Shown here piece after piece: positions 13,288-27,343 of a stretch of DNA of 64,000 bases (positions within the stretch are counted from its first letter, which is position 1; each line of letters begins with the position of its first letter). The DNA comes from Iphione sp. A-MEVVRFRX5 (taxonomy: Eukaryota), in the NCBI GenBank assembly GCA_976226885.1, contig OZ320314.1, positions 30,752,001-30,816,000 of the forward strand. The letters run 5' to 3'. The translations under genes were made by a program, and so were the position numbers. Below the pieces are notes generated by a model. It had not been told where the DNA came from, did no database searches, and saw only the letters and a list, made by a program, of their open reading frames with translations.

Positions 13288-15339
13288 TCTACCATTGCCA
13301 CTCTCTTTAAATATACTGCAATGTGAGACCTTAGTGGTTGCCAAGGGTATCCAACCACAACAAATATATAAAGACAAGACAGTGCTGGCATAGACACACA
13401 AGTCGTTCGCCAGTGGAGGAGGAAGCCTAACCACGTCCTACCAATTAGAGGATACAGATGTCAGGTCTGTTTACATGTATCATGATGAAATATCCGTCCT
13501 TGTGTGTGGGTGCAGAGAAAGCCCCCTGCAGATATGTTAGTAATTTCTTCCATATGGATAGCACACATCTCTTCACCATTGCTTCCCATGAAAATCCACA
13601 TCCATATCCAGACCAAACCCATCTGCAATGGGTTGACATTCGTGTCCACATACGGACATGTGAAACGTCTGTACATATGTGAAAGGCTGCAATAGTAAAG
13701 CAGGGCTGGGAAAAGATACACCCTCATTTGCGGATGCAGAGTGGATAAATCCGCATACATGTGAGTACCGCCTGACTAATGTACAGTTATTTTCACAATG
13801 ACACACACAAGACAGCCATTTAGTGTAGCAAGTCAAAAAACAATTTATATATTAAAATGTTGCAAAGCACTTGGTCAACATTTTCTTTTAGAAAAAAATA
13901 TTTTCTTTTGTTTTACAGCATACTCTATAAATTTGTGTACATTTGATCAACAATGGCCTTTGTTCATTTTCATCTTGTTGCAATAGTAACCAAAAGGGAA
14001 AGACAGATGTGTGGGCAAAATATGCTATAATTCATAGGCTTCAAAATGGTATATAACGTAAAAGGTGTTCAATTACAATTGACCCTGTATGTTGAATTAT
14101 AAATATTGCCCATATTGCCAGTTTGGAAGGAGTTAACAGAGAGACACAAAGGAAAGCAAGACGGAAACTGTTACCATGAATATTTCTGATCAGAATGATT
14201 AATCAAAATTTTATATCGTACGATGCCATTGTGTATTCTCTGTCCTAGTCTGGAGGTGCCATGTGGTACCCCCTGCCCTAGGGTGGAAGTCAGGGCCAAA
14301 AGGGTTAAGTAATAATATATAAGGAGTGCAGTTTTCTTTACATGTATTTATGATGCATCCATAATTTACTCTTGTTTATCTGACATGGACTTAAAGTAAG
14401 CAGCCTAGACACGAGCTTTTAAACTAAACAGTGAGGAACGTGTTCTTAAAGCACTGTACAATGAAAAAACCTTCGGAGTTCTTAAATACAATAAACTCTG
14501 TAGCGAGACGTTACGTACAGAAAGAAGAAGAAAGAGAGAGGGGGAAACAAAAATGAATGAAAGGAAAAGGAAACATTAAGCACTCGAAACCGCACACTGA
14601 AGTTAATCGTCCGAGGATATAGTAGTCCTCCCTCTCTCTCGAAAAAAATATTGTTTCATTGCATTTGGCCAATTATGCCCGTCGATTCTTCTTATATTAA
14701 TAGGGAATGAGATGCAGATCCCCAGTGTAGTTACTCTAGCTAATACGAAATAGGTCCTCGGTTCTGTCATAGCGGTGCTGTGATTACTTCTACGGTATCT
14801 TGTCATATAATTATTAGGAAGAGTCCGCTACGCAGACACCGTTATTAGGAGCCCATTTGATCGATCTGTGTAGGATAATATTGCCGGTATTTACGGACGT
14901 TATTTCTTCTGTAATAATTTGTTTTTCTAAGCTTCTTTCAGTTCGGATATGTATTTTAGCAGTGGTTATATGTACTGATTATGACACAGTATAATCATCA
15001 CTATTCAGTTTCAATTATCGATCTTTATCTTCGCCCGAGGGGTAACCTCTCAAAATGATTCGTCTGTAATATAAAGGCGGTAAATTATATTTAAAATATG
15101 CCTTTAATATAGTTGCTTTTTCTACTCTTTGTTTTTCCCTGGACATACGCCTTCAATATCTACTGACATAATAGCTTTCAACTCAGCATTCGTTTTTTTA
15201 GTGATTTATTGCAGAGAAAGCGATAGAGGAGAATACTGTAATGTGTTCGGTCACCACAGACACATTCATCAACATGGGGGAAGTGTCACTCAAAGGGCTG
15301 AAGGTTGAAGCGATACGATCAGAGAGGGGAGGTAGGGGG

Positions 15340-15536
15340 AGCAGTTCTTAAGCTCAGGTCGGCGTGGTATTTGTCCAGAAAATCGATGGTAATCAACTGT
15401 GTCTTACTCTGCACTGACACGAATGCTGGATGTCATCCCCACCGCTGGCCCCGATCAGTTCCTCTCTTCGTCTCCACTGTCACATCAACCTTTACCGGCT
15501 TGACGCCTTGCTAATCGCTGTGTGGCTATTAGCCTG
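15340..15536 (-). mobile_element. Possible decayed Ty3/Gypsy aspartic-protease fragment
   Basis: With one frameshift the minus strand reads QANSHTAIS-GVKPVKVDVTV...HPAFVSVQSKTQLITIDFLDKYHADLSLRT, resembling the ILGxDFLxKxxAxIxL motif. The catalytic DxG motif was not seen. Confidence 0.25.
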
Positions 15537-18500
15537 CGAGCAACTGGGTCAGGGACCCATTTTCCTGTCACAGGTCCCAGTTCATAGGCTGCCTGGGCGC
15601 CCTCAGAATAAAGGTCATTGAATTTCGAAATCAAGCCAAACCAGGAAGCCCGCAGTCGCCCTAGCCAGGATTATCACATCCTCCTGAATAAAACTGGAAC
15701 CTGACACAGCATAATCACCGTAGGAGGGCAGATATTTAGGTTACACCAGCACAATATGGGAGAAGTAAAATTAGGAAAATAAGGTGCAGATTAATATTGT
15801 CTGTACAGTACTGTGGATATGAGGAAATACACACTTGCACACGTATACACTCAAAGACGGTCGAAGTACAAAAACAATGAAAGCAAACAGGAGAATTTTT
15901 ACTAAGGGAAAATGGATCTCAACATATATGTGAAGATGGAACAGTTTTTCTCCTCGATGATCACTGATGCGGGAAGATACCTGCCAAACCACTGATCCGG
16001 AACAACATTAGGAAGTATCCCTCCAGGAGAACTTGCAAGCTCGACGTGATGGATCGCTCATCCGACAAATTACACCGATTAGTACATTGCATCTGATGAC
16101 CGCGAACTGCGTTCACGACAGTATTTTCTCTCTTATGCAGTAATGTTTCGTCACCTTTGAGAAGAAATTTTAGGAACATTACAGTCAGAATTTCTGCCCC
16201 CTGCATCTGTGCTACACTTTGTCCAACCGTTGTGTACCCATTGACTTGAAACTGAGAAACCTAATCCTCTGTAAATTAAAACAGCAGTTCTCCTCTTAGA
16301 TTCTTTGTAGAGAGCTACATTGAAAATAATTTGTAAAAAAAAAATGGACAAAGCGTTTCTTTTGTGTGAGTATTTTACATTTACATTAGCGCATCCGACG
16401 CTCCACTTGCTGGCGCTACATTGACTCTAGTACCTCCCTCCAATTAACCTCATCTATGGTATGGGAAAGCCATGCACATAAACTAGTAATTATGTTCATT
16501 CGCGACCTGCAGCCTACTGCATGTTTTATGCTGGCCCACCATTTATCCTTCTTGCTCTGTCTTTCATAATGTATTGTTGAGAAATGAGTCCATTCCTGCC
16601 CGAAGAGCACCTTTCCTATTCAGTACCTAGAGAAAATACATAAAGAGGAAGGAGAAACAAACATCCAGTTATACAAACCCTATAGGACGGCCGTCAATAG
16701 TGATCATATCGCCTGCATTAGAGCCATTCCCCCGCCGACTGATAACAGGGCGATAAACATCACAGAAGCCATTACATCAGGCCAGACGGCAGACCAGGCC
16801 GACCACAAAGGAGCGCACGCTTGTTGCTCTTATCAGGAGCCGAAACATGTCGTCAGGAGGCATTGTATGCAAGCTTTGATAAAAAAAAATGCCATATTCC
16901 AACTAGACACAATTTTCTATTGTACGTTGCTTCCAACATGATAGGAAAACGTTTTCATATGATCAGCAAAACAGAGAGGTCTGTATTTTAATGTCATGAA
17001 CAGATGTCATCATAACCTTCCATCCGGGTAATCGGTTGAGAGTGTTGTATTGAATTGTTTGGCCAGGAATTACATTGTTTGGCTATATCCTCCTAAGACA
17101 TAAGTTAAAATCGATCGAGATACATCATGCATGACAGGTAAAAGGAGGAAGAGTTCGTTGTGTCTACAGCGGCTTAGGGGTAAGTTCATAGAGACGGGCA
17201 TTCATTCCACCTTAAAACCGAGTAACATATTACAAGTGGAAGCTGAGGAGGATTTGGTGGTGTTTCCGTAAGACTCGTGCCCGTAAACCTACATGGTGCT
17301 GAGACTTCGAGTGTCTCTACTGGTTCTCCTCAATAATGTAATCCAACCCGAACACGCGGGTCTCATCTCCGAAAGTTTCTTGCCCGAATCAGGCGCATGG
17401 TTGAGGGGGGGCGGAGTCTGTAGACCGTAGGCCTCCAGCCCCAATGCTGTTACAATATGCATTAGCGACTTAATTCCTCGAGGCACTAACATGTAAGTCA
17501 GTTTTATTGACTCCTCACACGCTACATTCACAGAGGGCCACTAATTCCATGGAAATGTATGTAATCTACTCCATCAAGGCCAGTTCAACGTGACGTAGAA
17601 ATCTAAGAATCAACGTACATATTTAAAGTGACATTTATGCCGAGAATGTTTTACGATAACAACGACACTACAAAAAACTTTTAAGAACACCGGTTAAAGC
17701 TAGGTTTGTAGTTTCTTCAGTAGACATGTCTTTATGTGTGTAGATAACTTGTATTTTGCCTACTAATAAAGTTATTTTTTAATACTGGATTTACCGTAGG
17801 CTACACTAATCATGCCTTACTAAAAGTAATACCGTTTGAGTAGAAAGATGGGGCATATTTTCATACAGCTCAGAGAAAAGTACATTGTATATATTATATC
17901 GGTGTTCGTTTGCGTGTGGGACATTGCTTGGTGGACAATGAAAAATGGATCCTGTCCTCCGGAAATGAGATCTCACTGAAGGAATGAACGTAGAACCTTG
18001 TGCACCTAGCTAGACCGTACTCCTGAGGATTTTCTTACTCTAACTTAAATTTTCCCTTCATTCATCATGAGAATATCTTCTTCAGCTGCTATATATAAGT
18101 TCTTCTCTGCCTAGGAAATTATGTGTAGCAGTAGCATGTCCTTCCCATGGATTGGAAGGTCGAAATTTCACAATGTATAATATTTACAGTGATGATATTT
18201 ACAAATAATGGTCATTTATCTAAAGGATTTTTAACAGCTGTTCTTGAATATATTATATATAATTACATATGTATTACACGTGCTGTTAGGATTAACATTT
18301 AGACTGTAAATGAATAGCATACAGTTCATAAATAGTTCTGTTCCTACCTTTATCGCCAATTTCGAAATCATAATTAGAACTATATATTATATTGAGAACA
18401 TCAGACAGAACGCTGGATAGTAAGTGTACATTTCTGAATCTCATGATGTAGTTTTAGTATCACGTTTATATTGCGATTAAATGGTAACACACTGATATGT

Positions 18501-18789
18501 TGTTTATTTTGCATCAATCTGGACTGGTCACAAATTAAACTATTTAGAACAGGTATACCATTTGGTCCAACGTAAAACAGGACTGGGCGAAATAAAAAGA
18601 ATCTTACATTTCTGCTCTAGACTAGAATAGTTTGGAGAAAAGAGGAGAAAGGAAACACAGAGAAGAGGCTGTTCACCACCGACTTCCTCCAGCGAGTTAC
18701 ATTGATTGCCTGGGCATTGGTTGACGATAGGCCCACCGCTCCTGCAGCCAGCCCCATTGCTCTACTGGCCACGCGGGAGTGTTAAGAGT

Positions 18790-19020
18790 CAACATGGGAG
18801 CTCATTGAGCTACCGCCCAGGAGGGTCAGGGTCACACCTTACACCCAACTGCATTCTAGTTCGGAGAAGGATTAATCAAAGAGAGAACCCGAGTCCATCT
18901 TTTATCTGCACCTTTGGTGTTCCAACCTTCAGACCAGATTATTTCCCTCCCAGCCTTAGTACCAGCTCGGTGATGACTGAGTCTTCATGGCGTTTCTGTT
19001 CCAATAAGTTGATATTAGAG
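18790..19020 (-). mobile_element. Possible decayed Ty3/Gypsy pol fragment (RNaseH-integrase linker)
   Basis: Minus frame INLLEQKRHEDSVITELVLRLGGK*...VQIKDGLGF...QLGV...LNEL resembles the QxxDP...IxDGLL...QLxVP...LxELH region. Several stops. Confidence 0.3.
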
Positions 19021-19439
19021 CTGTCAGTTTCAATATGCTGATAGACTGCAGTTGTGACATTCGCTCGAAAAATTCTGGGGAACATACGTTTTTAATACAT
19101 ATTTTACTTTCACAAATTTAATTAAACTTTATCGGCCAGTCCTCTGGTGAACAAGTATCATAGCATAGAAATAATGCAGGTTGGCAACATGTATACTATA
19201 ACTGGAATCCTAAATATAAAAAGGGCAAAGTTTTCTTCAGCTTTCATTTATATGCTGTTTTCAACCTTGAAACATGTTGCAGTTTCAATTATTCTAAAAC
19301 AGATTAACAAACATATGAGAGTAGAGAAACCATAAGGTTTAGGAAGAGTCTCACACCCATGAGACCTCCTCCTCATATCGAATACTACTTTCAGGCAATG
19401 TATTGTATGTGTAGTGTAAAAATGCATACAACACCTTAC

Positions 19440-19540
19440 CTTTTTGTAAATATCCATGCCTCCATCTCTTCCTCTTCTGAACGCAATATATTTTCGTTGA
19501 CCTAATTTCTCCTTATCATTTGGAACGTCATCGGTTGAAT
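19440..19540 (-). CDS. Candidate internal exon, unknown gene (101 nt, phase 1-0)
   Basis: Acceptor ttttttctttcgctcaag, donor AAG|gtaagg; the only open frame is STDDVPNDKEKLGQRKYIAFRRGRDGGMDIYKK. Confidence 0.35.
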
Positions 19541-20234
19541 CTTGAGCGAAAGAAAAAAACATTCATTTGTTTTGTTAAATATTTATATTGAACTGTACGC
19601 CTTTTAACACTCTACATTAATATGATAGATATTTTCAAAATGTCCGCTGGAAGTGGATTCATTTCTGTGGACAGTCGATAATTTTTATACTTATCTAACA
19701 GAAGATCCATAGTTAGTTGCTCTGGTGCCTCACATGAAATAACAGACTAGCCTGAAAAAACGCTGTCCCAGCCCTGGCGTATTCGTAAATGAGCAATAAC
19801 TCAAAACAAGGCAGCTGACAGAGCAGCGCTTCGAAAGCACACATCAAATATTATGTGATTTAAAGCATTAATATGGAAAGCCTCAGACTAATGACTACAA
19901 GCACCAGTCCCAAACCAGGACGTGTTTGAGATGCATGCTGAATATAGAACAAAAACTGGAAAATAGATAATCTCATCATGATCCCCAGTTACAATCATGT
20001 AGATTAAAATTTTTAGACTGAAGTGTGTTTCAGTCTCATTGACTTTTGTGATTTAAACTCAAACCTCACAAATGAGTGTTCGTCCTCCAAATTACAATTG
20101 TTTGTTCAAAGCGTTTTACAACCTCATTTCTTTTCTCTGCAGCATTTAAACGGCTGATCCTGTTACGTGGGAAGGGTCATATAAAAAAGGCATGGAACGT
20201 GTAATACATTCATTCATTTTACTTGACATCATAC

Positions 20235-20348
20235 CTGCCCTGACCTTCTTTCCTTGACATACGAGAACACATTAGAGAATTCTTTAAACTGGAATCTTTC
20301 CCTGTCAAAAAGGCCACAATATAGACGAGTTATGCTACAGTCCTCGGG
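20235..20348 (-). CDS. Candidate internal exon, unknown gene (114 nt, phase 0-0)
   Basis: Acceptor cagcttctcatttaag, donor CAG|gtatga; encodes PEDCSITRLYCGLFDRERFQFKEFSNVFSYVKERRSGQ. Confidence 0.3.
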
Positions 20349-20397
20349 CTTAAATGAGAAGCTGAATGTGAACACAGAGGCATTGGGATATGGATAG

Positions 20398-20612
20398 TAA
20401 AGGGTACGAAGATCGTAAAGGATATGAAGAAAGGGATACAAAGATGGGTAAAGGAAACACAGTAAAGGATACGAAAATAGTAAAGGATATGAGGATAATA
20501 AAGGATACCAAGAAGGTAATGGGTATAAATATAATAAAGTATCTGAATATTTCAAAGGATATGAGGGTAATAAAGGATACGAAGATAGGAAAGGATAATG
20601 TAGATAGTAAAT
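20398..20612 (+). repeat. Degenerate 18-bp minisatellite (about 12 units, AAAGGATAYGARGATAAT)
   Basis: Units such as aaaggatacgaaaatagt, aaaggatatgaggataat, aaaggataccaagaaggt, aaaggatatgagggtaat and aaaggatacgaagatagg. Confidence 0.85.
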
Positions 20613-22653
20613 GATGCGCATGGAAAACTCGCTTCTGATCACGATATCATTCTCATTAATGGTTTCAGTTTCTTGTCTTGTTTTATCTCTTATATTTATG
20701 TTGTATATCAGGTGAGGCCTATGAACCCTTTAGGCATATTCAGTATCCCTGTAGGTCATTACCCAATACTTATGTACTGTGGAGACTCACTTAAATACCA
20801 CTTAGGAGAGACTAAACCAGGGGCAAGACTAAGATTTCTAAAACCAAACCATCCATTTCCCTCTATATAGAGTATTTTAATGCGACCAAACTGTGGGACA
20901 GACAAAAACTGGTCAGCTCCAAGCTTAATCACCGGTCTTTACTGTATTTGTCTATTTATTGCAGTGAGCAGTGCGATATCAAACAGAGTTGACGGCTTCA
21001 TTACATTAACGATTTACATTTAATTCAATAATTATGATCGAGTAGTAGGACGTAATGCTTTGGGATGATATTATGAAAATGGATTGCGACAAATGCAAGA
21101 ATATTTATTTGTATACATAGTTAACATTTCGTTGATGAATTATTCTCAAATTCACATATGAATAAAGCCAATAACAAAGTACTTGATTTAACTAAATTGT
21201 GTTAAACAGTTGGTACCCTTAGTGCCAACAGGCAGTCTAGACTCCATATTAATCCGAAAATGCAGCTTATAAATGACCTTATCTACCAACAAATCACCAT
21301 GACAATGGAGTTATATATTCTCAAAAGCCCTCTTTTCGTTGGATGCTTGTAAGTCAGTCTAAGTACATGAATCCTGTAGCCCATGTTCATTCGTCATTGT
21401 TTTCGGCCTTGTCCCCTCAATCCCCATCCTTCAGACACCCCCCCCCCGTTATACATACCTGGGATGGTGCGCACACCGAGAGAGGATCATTGGTGGAAAT
21501 CTCCCCGTGCTTGTCTCCAACTTGTTGTCGCCGGGAATTCCAGAGGTGACGGGCCAAGCATGACTCATTCCAACCAGGTAGTCCACAGATAGTTGGGAGA
21601 CAGGCAGCCTTAGGATGTACCGGGGCCTGTCTGTCAGAATGTCTATTTTTCTGTCTACCTGCCTGTCTGGCTGTCAGCTCACAGCCACCAGTCATGAAAT
21701 TGCTCCCACCCTTCCTACAGCCGCCCCCCCCCAACTTTCGCTTTGGGCAGGAGAGACACGTGCACTTAGATGACTGTGTTCTCTTCAGCTTCACCCCCCC
21801 CTCTCCCACAGGCTGCCTTCATCTCTGCTTCACCTTTACCCTCATGTACAACGGTAGATGTCTGCAATACCTGTCAAAGTCTGTGCAGGGGCATCCTCGA
21901 ACGCGGCGCTGACAGCCCTGTGAAGGCTGCCAGCCCCTATCAAGTGCACGGGAGCCTCATCACATGCAGTTGTATATAGCTTAAATTACTCTTTTACTCT
22001 GTATATAATTTTAACTTAAAAAAGGATCGGAGAGACTTATACAAAAGGTAATATTTTATTTTTCATTTTCTTTCGTGTGAAATTTGTGAAATTACAAGAG
22101 AAGAAATGGGTTGAGCAGGGTGCTAATTGGCAGAGGGAACAACTTAACAAGGGGTGACTTGACATCTTCTATAAATGCATAAATGTACAAAGAGTCATAA
22201 GTTATCAATGATGACTTTGCTACCCCTTTATTTTAGTACCTGTACTACCTGAATACTCTACATCTTCTTATACCAGATTAGCTGACCAGTAAAAGTGCAA
22301 ATGTGTATTCATGTCTACCTTTGAAAATGACTTATCAGGCCTCTCTGTGCACCTGGTCCACAGTGATTATTCATGTCTACTTTTGAAAATGACTCTAGAA
22401 GTCTCTCTGAAGCCCTAAATTCATGCAACAAAACTTCGTCCACAGTGATTTTTGTTGTCTGTAGGGGGAAGCTCTGCAAAATTAGCTGTCCTGATTGTAG
22501 ACGTCTCCTTATAATGCTTAACTACAGGTAACAAGTCGGTTCTTTTACAAATCGTCTGCATTTGGGATGTTCGCATCTGAGACGTGTCTCTGAGGGGATG
22601 TCGCACTGTAATTGGAACCCCTATTGGTCTGTATGGCCCAATCCTGTTGCCAT

Positions 22654-22701
22654 GCATCCTGGCCTCAGGTAGGGTTGGCATCCTGGCCTCAGGTAGGGTT
22701 G
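22654..22701. repeat. Perfect 24-bp tandem duplication
   Basis: gcatcctggcctcaggtagggttg occurs twice in a row. Confidence 0.95.
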
Positions 22702-25700
22702 GATAAGCGTGGTCGGACCTAGCCTTACTATGGAGTTGGGAGGCAGGCACTTGGACATACTGGGTTTGACACTGGGGGTGAAAAATAATTAGACATATAT
22801 GTGTCAGATCAATATGTCTGGTTTTAGTTCATAGTTCAAGTCTGTGGATCCACCTGCATTTGATCCCTTCATTTGCATTTGATTTTCCAACTGTCCCGGT
22901 CAGTGCAGGAGGGCCAACTGACGACAGGGCAGCAGTCAGGTATGCTCAATGACAGCCTTGGAGGGCGCCACCCTCATGCGTCCTAATTATTTGATCATTC
23001 CACATTTCTTTTTGCTCTTATTCTCTATGTTTTTTAAACATTTTATTTTCTGGAAAACATACATAATGGTATCCAGGTTACTGGGGTGAAACAGTAGTGG
23101 CATTTAGGTAGATTCGGATGAGTTAATCGAGTCTTCAGGTAACTTGATAGAAAGCGTTTTAAGTAACTGTTAAAACTACTGGAATTTATTGAAACTATCA
23201 TTAGGTAAATGCATTTTGTTTTATCACATTTTGTTTTTTACAATTTTCATACTTGATCACATTTCATACTTCCTTTTCCGGGGTGTAATTGTTTTTTAAA
23301 AAAAATCTTTGGAGTTCCATTACTGATATCTTATTGTCGATCTTTTATTATATTATGTTAAAATTATGGGTATTTAAACAAATCTCTGGACATTTTGTCA
23401 TCAGGAGTCAAAAAGGATGAAATTGCTTACAACACATGGAGATAATTTGACTTCATCCACTGAGGGCTGTAGTGAGATGCTATTATAGGTAAAATGCAGT
23501 GAGTTGACAAGAGGGAACATTATAAAACATACATGTAGGTAGTTGAGAAATAAATAGTGACAATTGCATCTATAATCTAATGACGGGCAACTGCTGCTAT
23601 CACAGGACATGTATTGTGGATGACTAAGGTGAAAAGGTTCCAAGACAGCCAAAGTTCTCTTGAATTCTGTCAAGATGTAAAACAATGTTTCTATAGTCAT
23701 TACATATTTCATGCAGCTGGGCCTCAGTATCCAGAGACACAGAAATCTCCTTATCCGTGCAACGTTCCAGAGAACAAAATTTTAATTCTCTCTAATTTAT
23801 TTATGTTTATAATATCCAGAGTTTTCCCTTGTCCGAGTGAATTTGCATGAAACAAAACCTATCCAGATATTGGGGTGTGACTGTACCATCTTTCGAACAA
23901 TAACATTGTGAGCCAGTCATCATCGGATCTCTACAGGTTGGTACAGTCGTCGTTTTCTCCCGGGGAAAAGTCCTCTTTCCCTAAACTACTGACACCAAAA
24001 GCCGCACAGGAACGGTCCCAGTACCACCGAGTCTTAGTTCCTTCAGTAGCAAACGATGATTCCCGAACTGCAACAACTCCTCCAAATGGTCAGACTTTCT
24101 TGAAATCTACCATAGCGAGCAGCTGCCGAAGAATTAATTTATTAGGTACACAAATACATGTATACAAAACCAAAAAGTGTGACATGCGACATTGCAGGCC
24201 GTGCCATAAATGTAAGGTTTCATATTTGATATTGGGAGAAAACGTGCGCATCTCTCCATGGACCACTGTTTTTAGCTGTGGTCCTACGGAATTTGATATC
24301 AGAACCCCTACATTTCAAATGGGGAAATGAATCTATACACCTACAAACTTTGACGAACAGAGCAGACGGCTCCAGTTTGGGTTCGCAAAAATCACATTTT
24401 CCTGCCCTGAACAGATCGTGGTGGCGTTTTGATCCCTGGATCTATGTGTCATAAGGATAATAAAGATTTTCTGAAAGTATTTTATATCAAGGAACAATTC
24501 TCGTAGCGACTGAAGTAGGCGCACCTAGTTTGGCTCAGTGATCACATTACAGAAAAAAAGAGAGAAAAGAGAGAGAGAGAGAGTGAAAAATAGTGAACAA
24601 AATACTGCATGGCGTTCCCTTGAGGCAATAGTTACATTGCATAATGCTGACGGTCTGCGACGCTGTCGAGTCATAGTTGCATTAAGGTTGATGTGAAGGG
24701 ACAGTCGCATCATTTCTAATTTACCCCGGGGCTAAGGACATGGCAGCTAAGCAAGGTATTTCAGCCAGAGAATACTTTAAGTCATCCAAGAACCAATCCT
24801 GATCCACAGTTGTTTTAATCTCAAAAGACGAATCATTTTACCACTTTTAATTTGGCCCCTGGCTTTTTACTGGTATTTTCAGTCAGTGTGCGTAAATGTC
24901 CGATTACACGGACAAGGTAGTCACCATAAAATGAATTTATATAATTTGCCACCTGTCTGTGATACACTATGCAGTCCCATTTTTATAGGCTTGTTTTTGT
25001 TTGGCTTATTATCATACCCTCAGGTAAGGAGAGAAAAAGGATGCTCAGGTGTACAGTCAAAACCTTGCTGGTAGACCACGTTTGGGACTGGCTAATTTTG
25101 GCCTCTCCCATGGTTAAGTCACAGCATCTAGACAGAATATGAATATTTGTGTGTGAGAAATCCTGTGCGTCCTCCTTGTATAAGGTCTCCTCCTCTATCT
25201 TAACCTCCCGCTGCACCTACAGGAGACCCTACATGTCGTGTAGATATGCACTTGATGCTTGGACCATTCGAGTCAATTAGGCCCATTGCCGAAGGCATTT
25301 CCCTGGAAGGTTTCCTTTCAGTAGTTTTCTGGCAGTCTTCGTAGATAAGATTTTTTTCGGAACTATTTTACGGATGTACTGCTCCACCTATTCCAGGAAA
25401 TATTAATGGAGGTTTCTTTTGCTGCAGCTATCATCAGGCACTGTTACATGGTGAATTTTACTAATATTTATTGTTGCCACCACTGCAGGTGGGGTAAGCC
25501 GTAGGTTACGCCCTCTTCCTCCGAAAATAAGGCCACAACCATTGAAACAACTTTACATGGAAAGTCTCTCCTTTATCATAAACTCATGTTTTGACATTTC
25601 TTCGAAAACCATTGAAGTACTTATTAACAATTACGAGCCATGTAGTTATTATTAGAATCATTAAAATGATGAGGGTGATCAGGACATAATTATGGTTTCA

Positions 25701-27343
25701 TTAGTTGCAATCTTGAAATTCAAATAAATAGACCTGTCCTTTATGCTTAGCTTATTTTGAATGAGAGATTCCAAAGAGATAGCATGCGTATCTTTTCAAT
25801 GTCGGACACTTAATAGAAAAAAAACAAGATATGATTGCTGAAAGAAGGGCCAAAAATTAAGTCTAGGAGAAAGCGGTTATGAAAAAGCAGAGATTAACGA
25901 AACTGTTGCGCTGTGCACCAAATTTAGCCAAATTACATTTAAATCCATTAGAGCTCAATCTTTCTACGCCAAGACAAAATACCATCACCTATGATATTAT
26001 CGACTGCAAATGGGAACACACGTTCCTATCACAATTACCTACCATTATCATCTGAGGGTCAGGTTCCAAGATGATATGTGTCATCGGCAACATGAACAGC
26101 TCTCTTCCTACTCAATTATGCACAAACAAAGTCATGTGATGACCTAGTCATGCCATGCCCAGGTAGTATCGTGAGGGTAGGCATATATTAGGCATGGACT
26201 ACCGAAATCAATCACCTGTTGCTGATCACAACCAAGAGAAAACGAGAGGCATCATGGCCTGAGGGATAAGAGATTTGCAATGACGACTGGCAGCATGAAA
26301 GTAAGGGATAAAAAAAGTCGTAATTATGGTTGGGGTCATAGAGAAATTGGGACTCATGGGGAAGTGGCTAGACATCACCAAAAGAAGGACTGGAGGGTGG
26401 GGAACTTGAAAGGACGGCTCAAGGTCACTTCATACACACCGACACATGATATTCACACACACTTAGATACCTGTGCACGCCTGTGGTGGATTGGACACTT
26501 AACACCTGTCCTTATATATATATAGCTCTTTTAAATTGTTACATTCAGAACAAGAGTATAGTCCTGAAACAAGCCTCTGACATCAAGGTGAACCTAAAGT
26601 AATTGTATTTGAAAATAACGTGCAGATACGAAGGGAATAACAAAACTCAGTCAAATATCGCAGAGACAATAAATTTCAAGACAGGTAGGAAAAGAACATA
26701 GTAAAACATTACCATTAAAAAGGTAGATCGGGAATCAAAGCAATAGTTTATAAACAAGTAATATTCCCAAACTAGCAGGGAAGGGATGTACTTGGGGGCG
26801 TTCTTATGTGGTGATGCTAGCTGTGATGTATTTCTTGTAGCGATTAGAAACAAATAAATCACCTGATTTACTTCTCTTTCATGTACATGTACTGTAATAG
26901 GTAGGAATGTGATGAACAGAGTCAATCCATATGTGATATTACTGTGCATTACTTTATAAGGACTGCAAATCATCAAGTGTATACAAAAAGTAAGATTGTA
27001 TTTACTGCTAAGGGTTTCTAAATGGAGGTCACTTGCCATCGTGTGAGTAAATACATAGAAAACCTCAATGATATGCATAAAAGAGGGGCTGAGTCGGATA
27101 TTTTCCAAACAACTTCCGGTCTGGAAGGAAATACCTGTTAACAACCATCAGAAACGTGCAACTCTGTGGATTCAAAGAAGCCTGCACAAAAGGACTAGTT
27201 TTCATTTCCTTGGTAGTTGACAAATTTTGTGATGGTTGTTGGTATAGTTTAGTTGCAGATGTAAACCTGTTTTAGATTATATTCTGTATACGAATATACG
27301 ACTTCTGTATACGAATATACAATATGAGGACAAAAACGGAATT

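Noticed and set aside
15215-15308. Alternative phase-2 exon after the EGF-TM exon (ESDRGEYCNVFGHHRH...)
   Set aside because: Weak pyrimidine tract and no way to prefer it over the 27538 or 42111 candidates without transcripts.
15961-16330. Minus-strand frame with SQFQVNGY and LLKGDE, reminiscent of LINE endonuclease or C-terminal motifs
   Set aside because: The two resemblances point to opposite ends of ORF2 and neither is sustained.
16823-16862. GCTC-ttatcag-GAGC-CGAAACATGTCGTC, resembling the 3' half of a hammerhead
   Set aside because: The CUGANGA core and stem I 5' strand are absent.
23908-24330. 140-aa plus-strand ORF
   Set aside because: No recognisable motif, no convincing splice sites, and other frames look equally plausible.
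25100-25400. Protein-like minus frame with three stops (VEQYIRKIVPKK...QREVKIEEETLYKED)
   Set aside because: It may be decayed coding sequence, but no family motif could be assigned.
26647-27144. 165-aa minus-strand ORF
   Set aside because: Hydrophobic composition typical of chance ORFs in AT-rich non-coding DNA.
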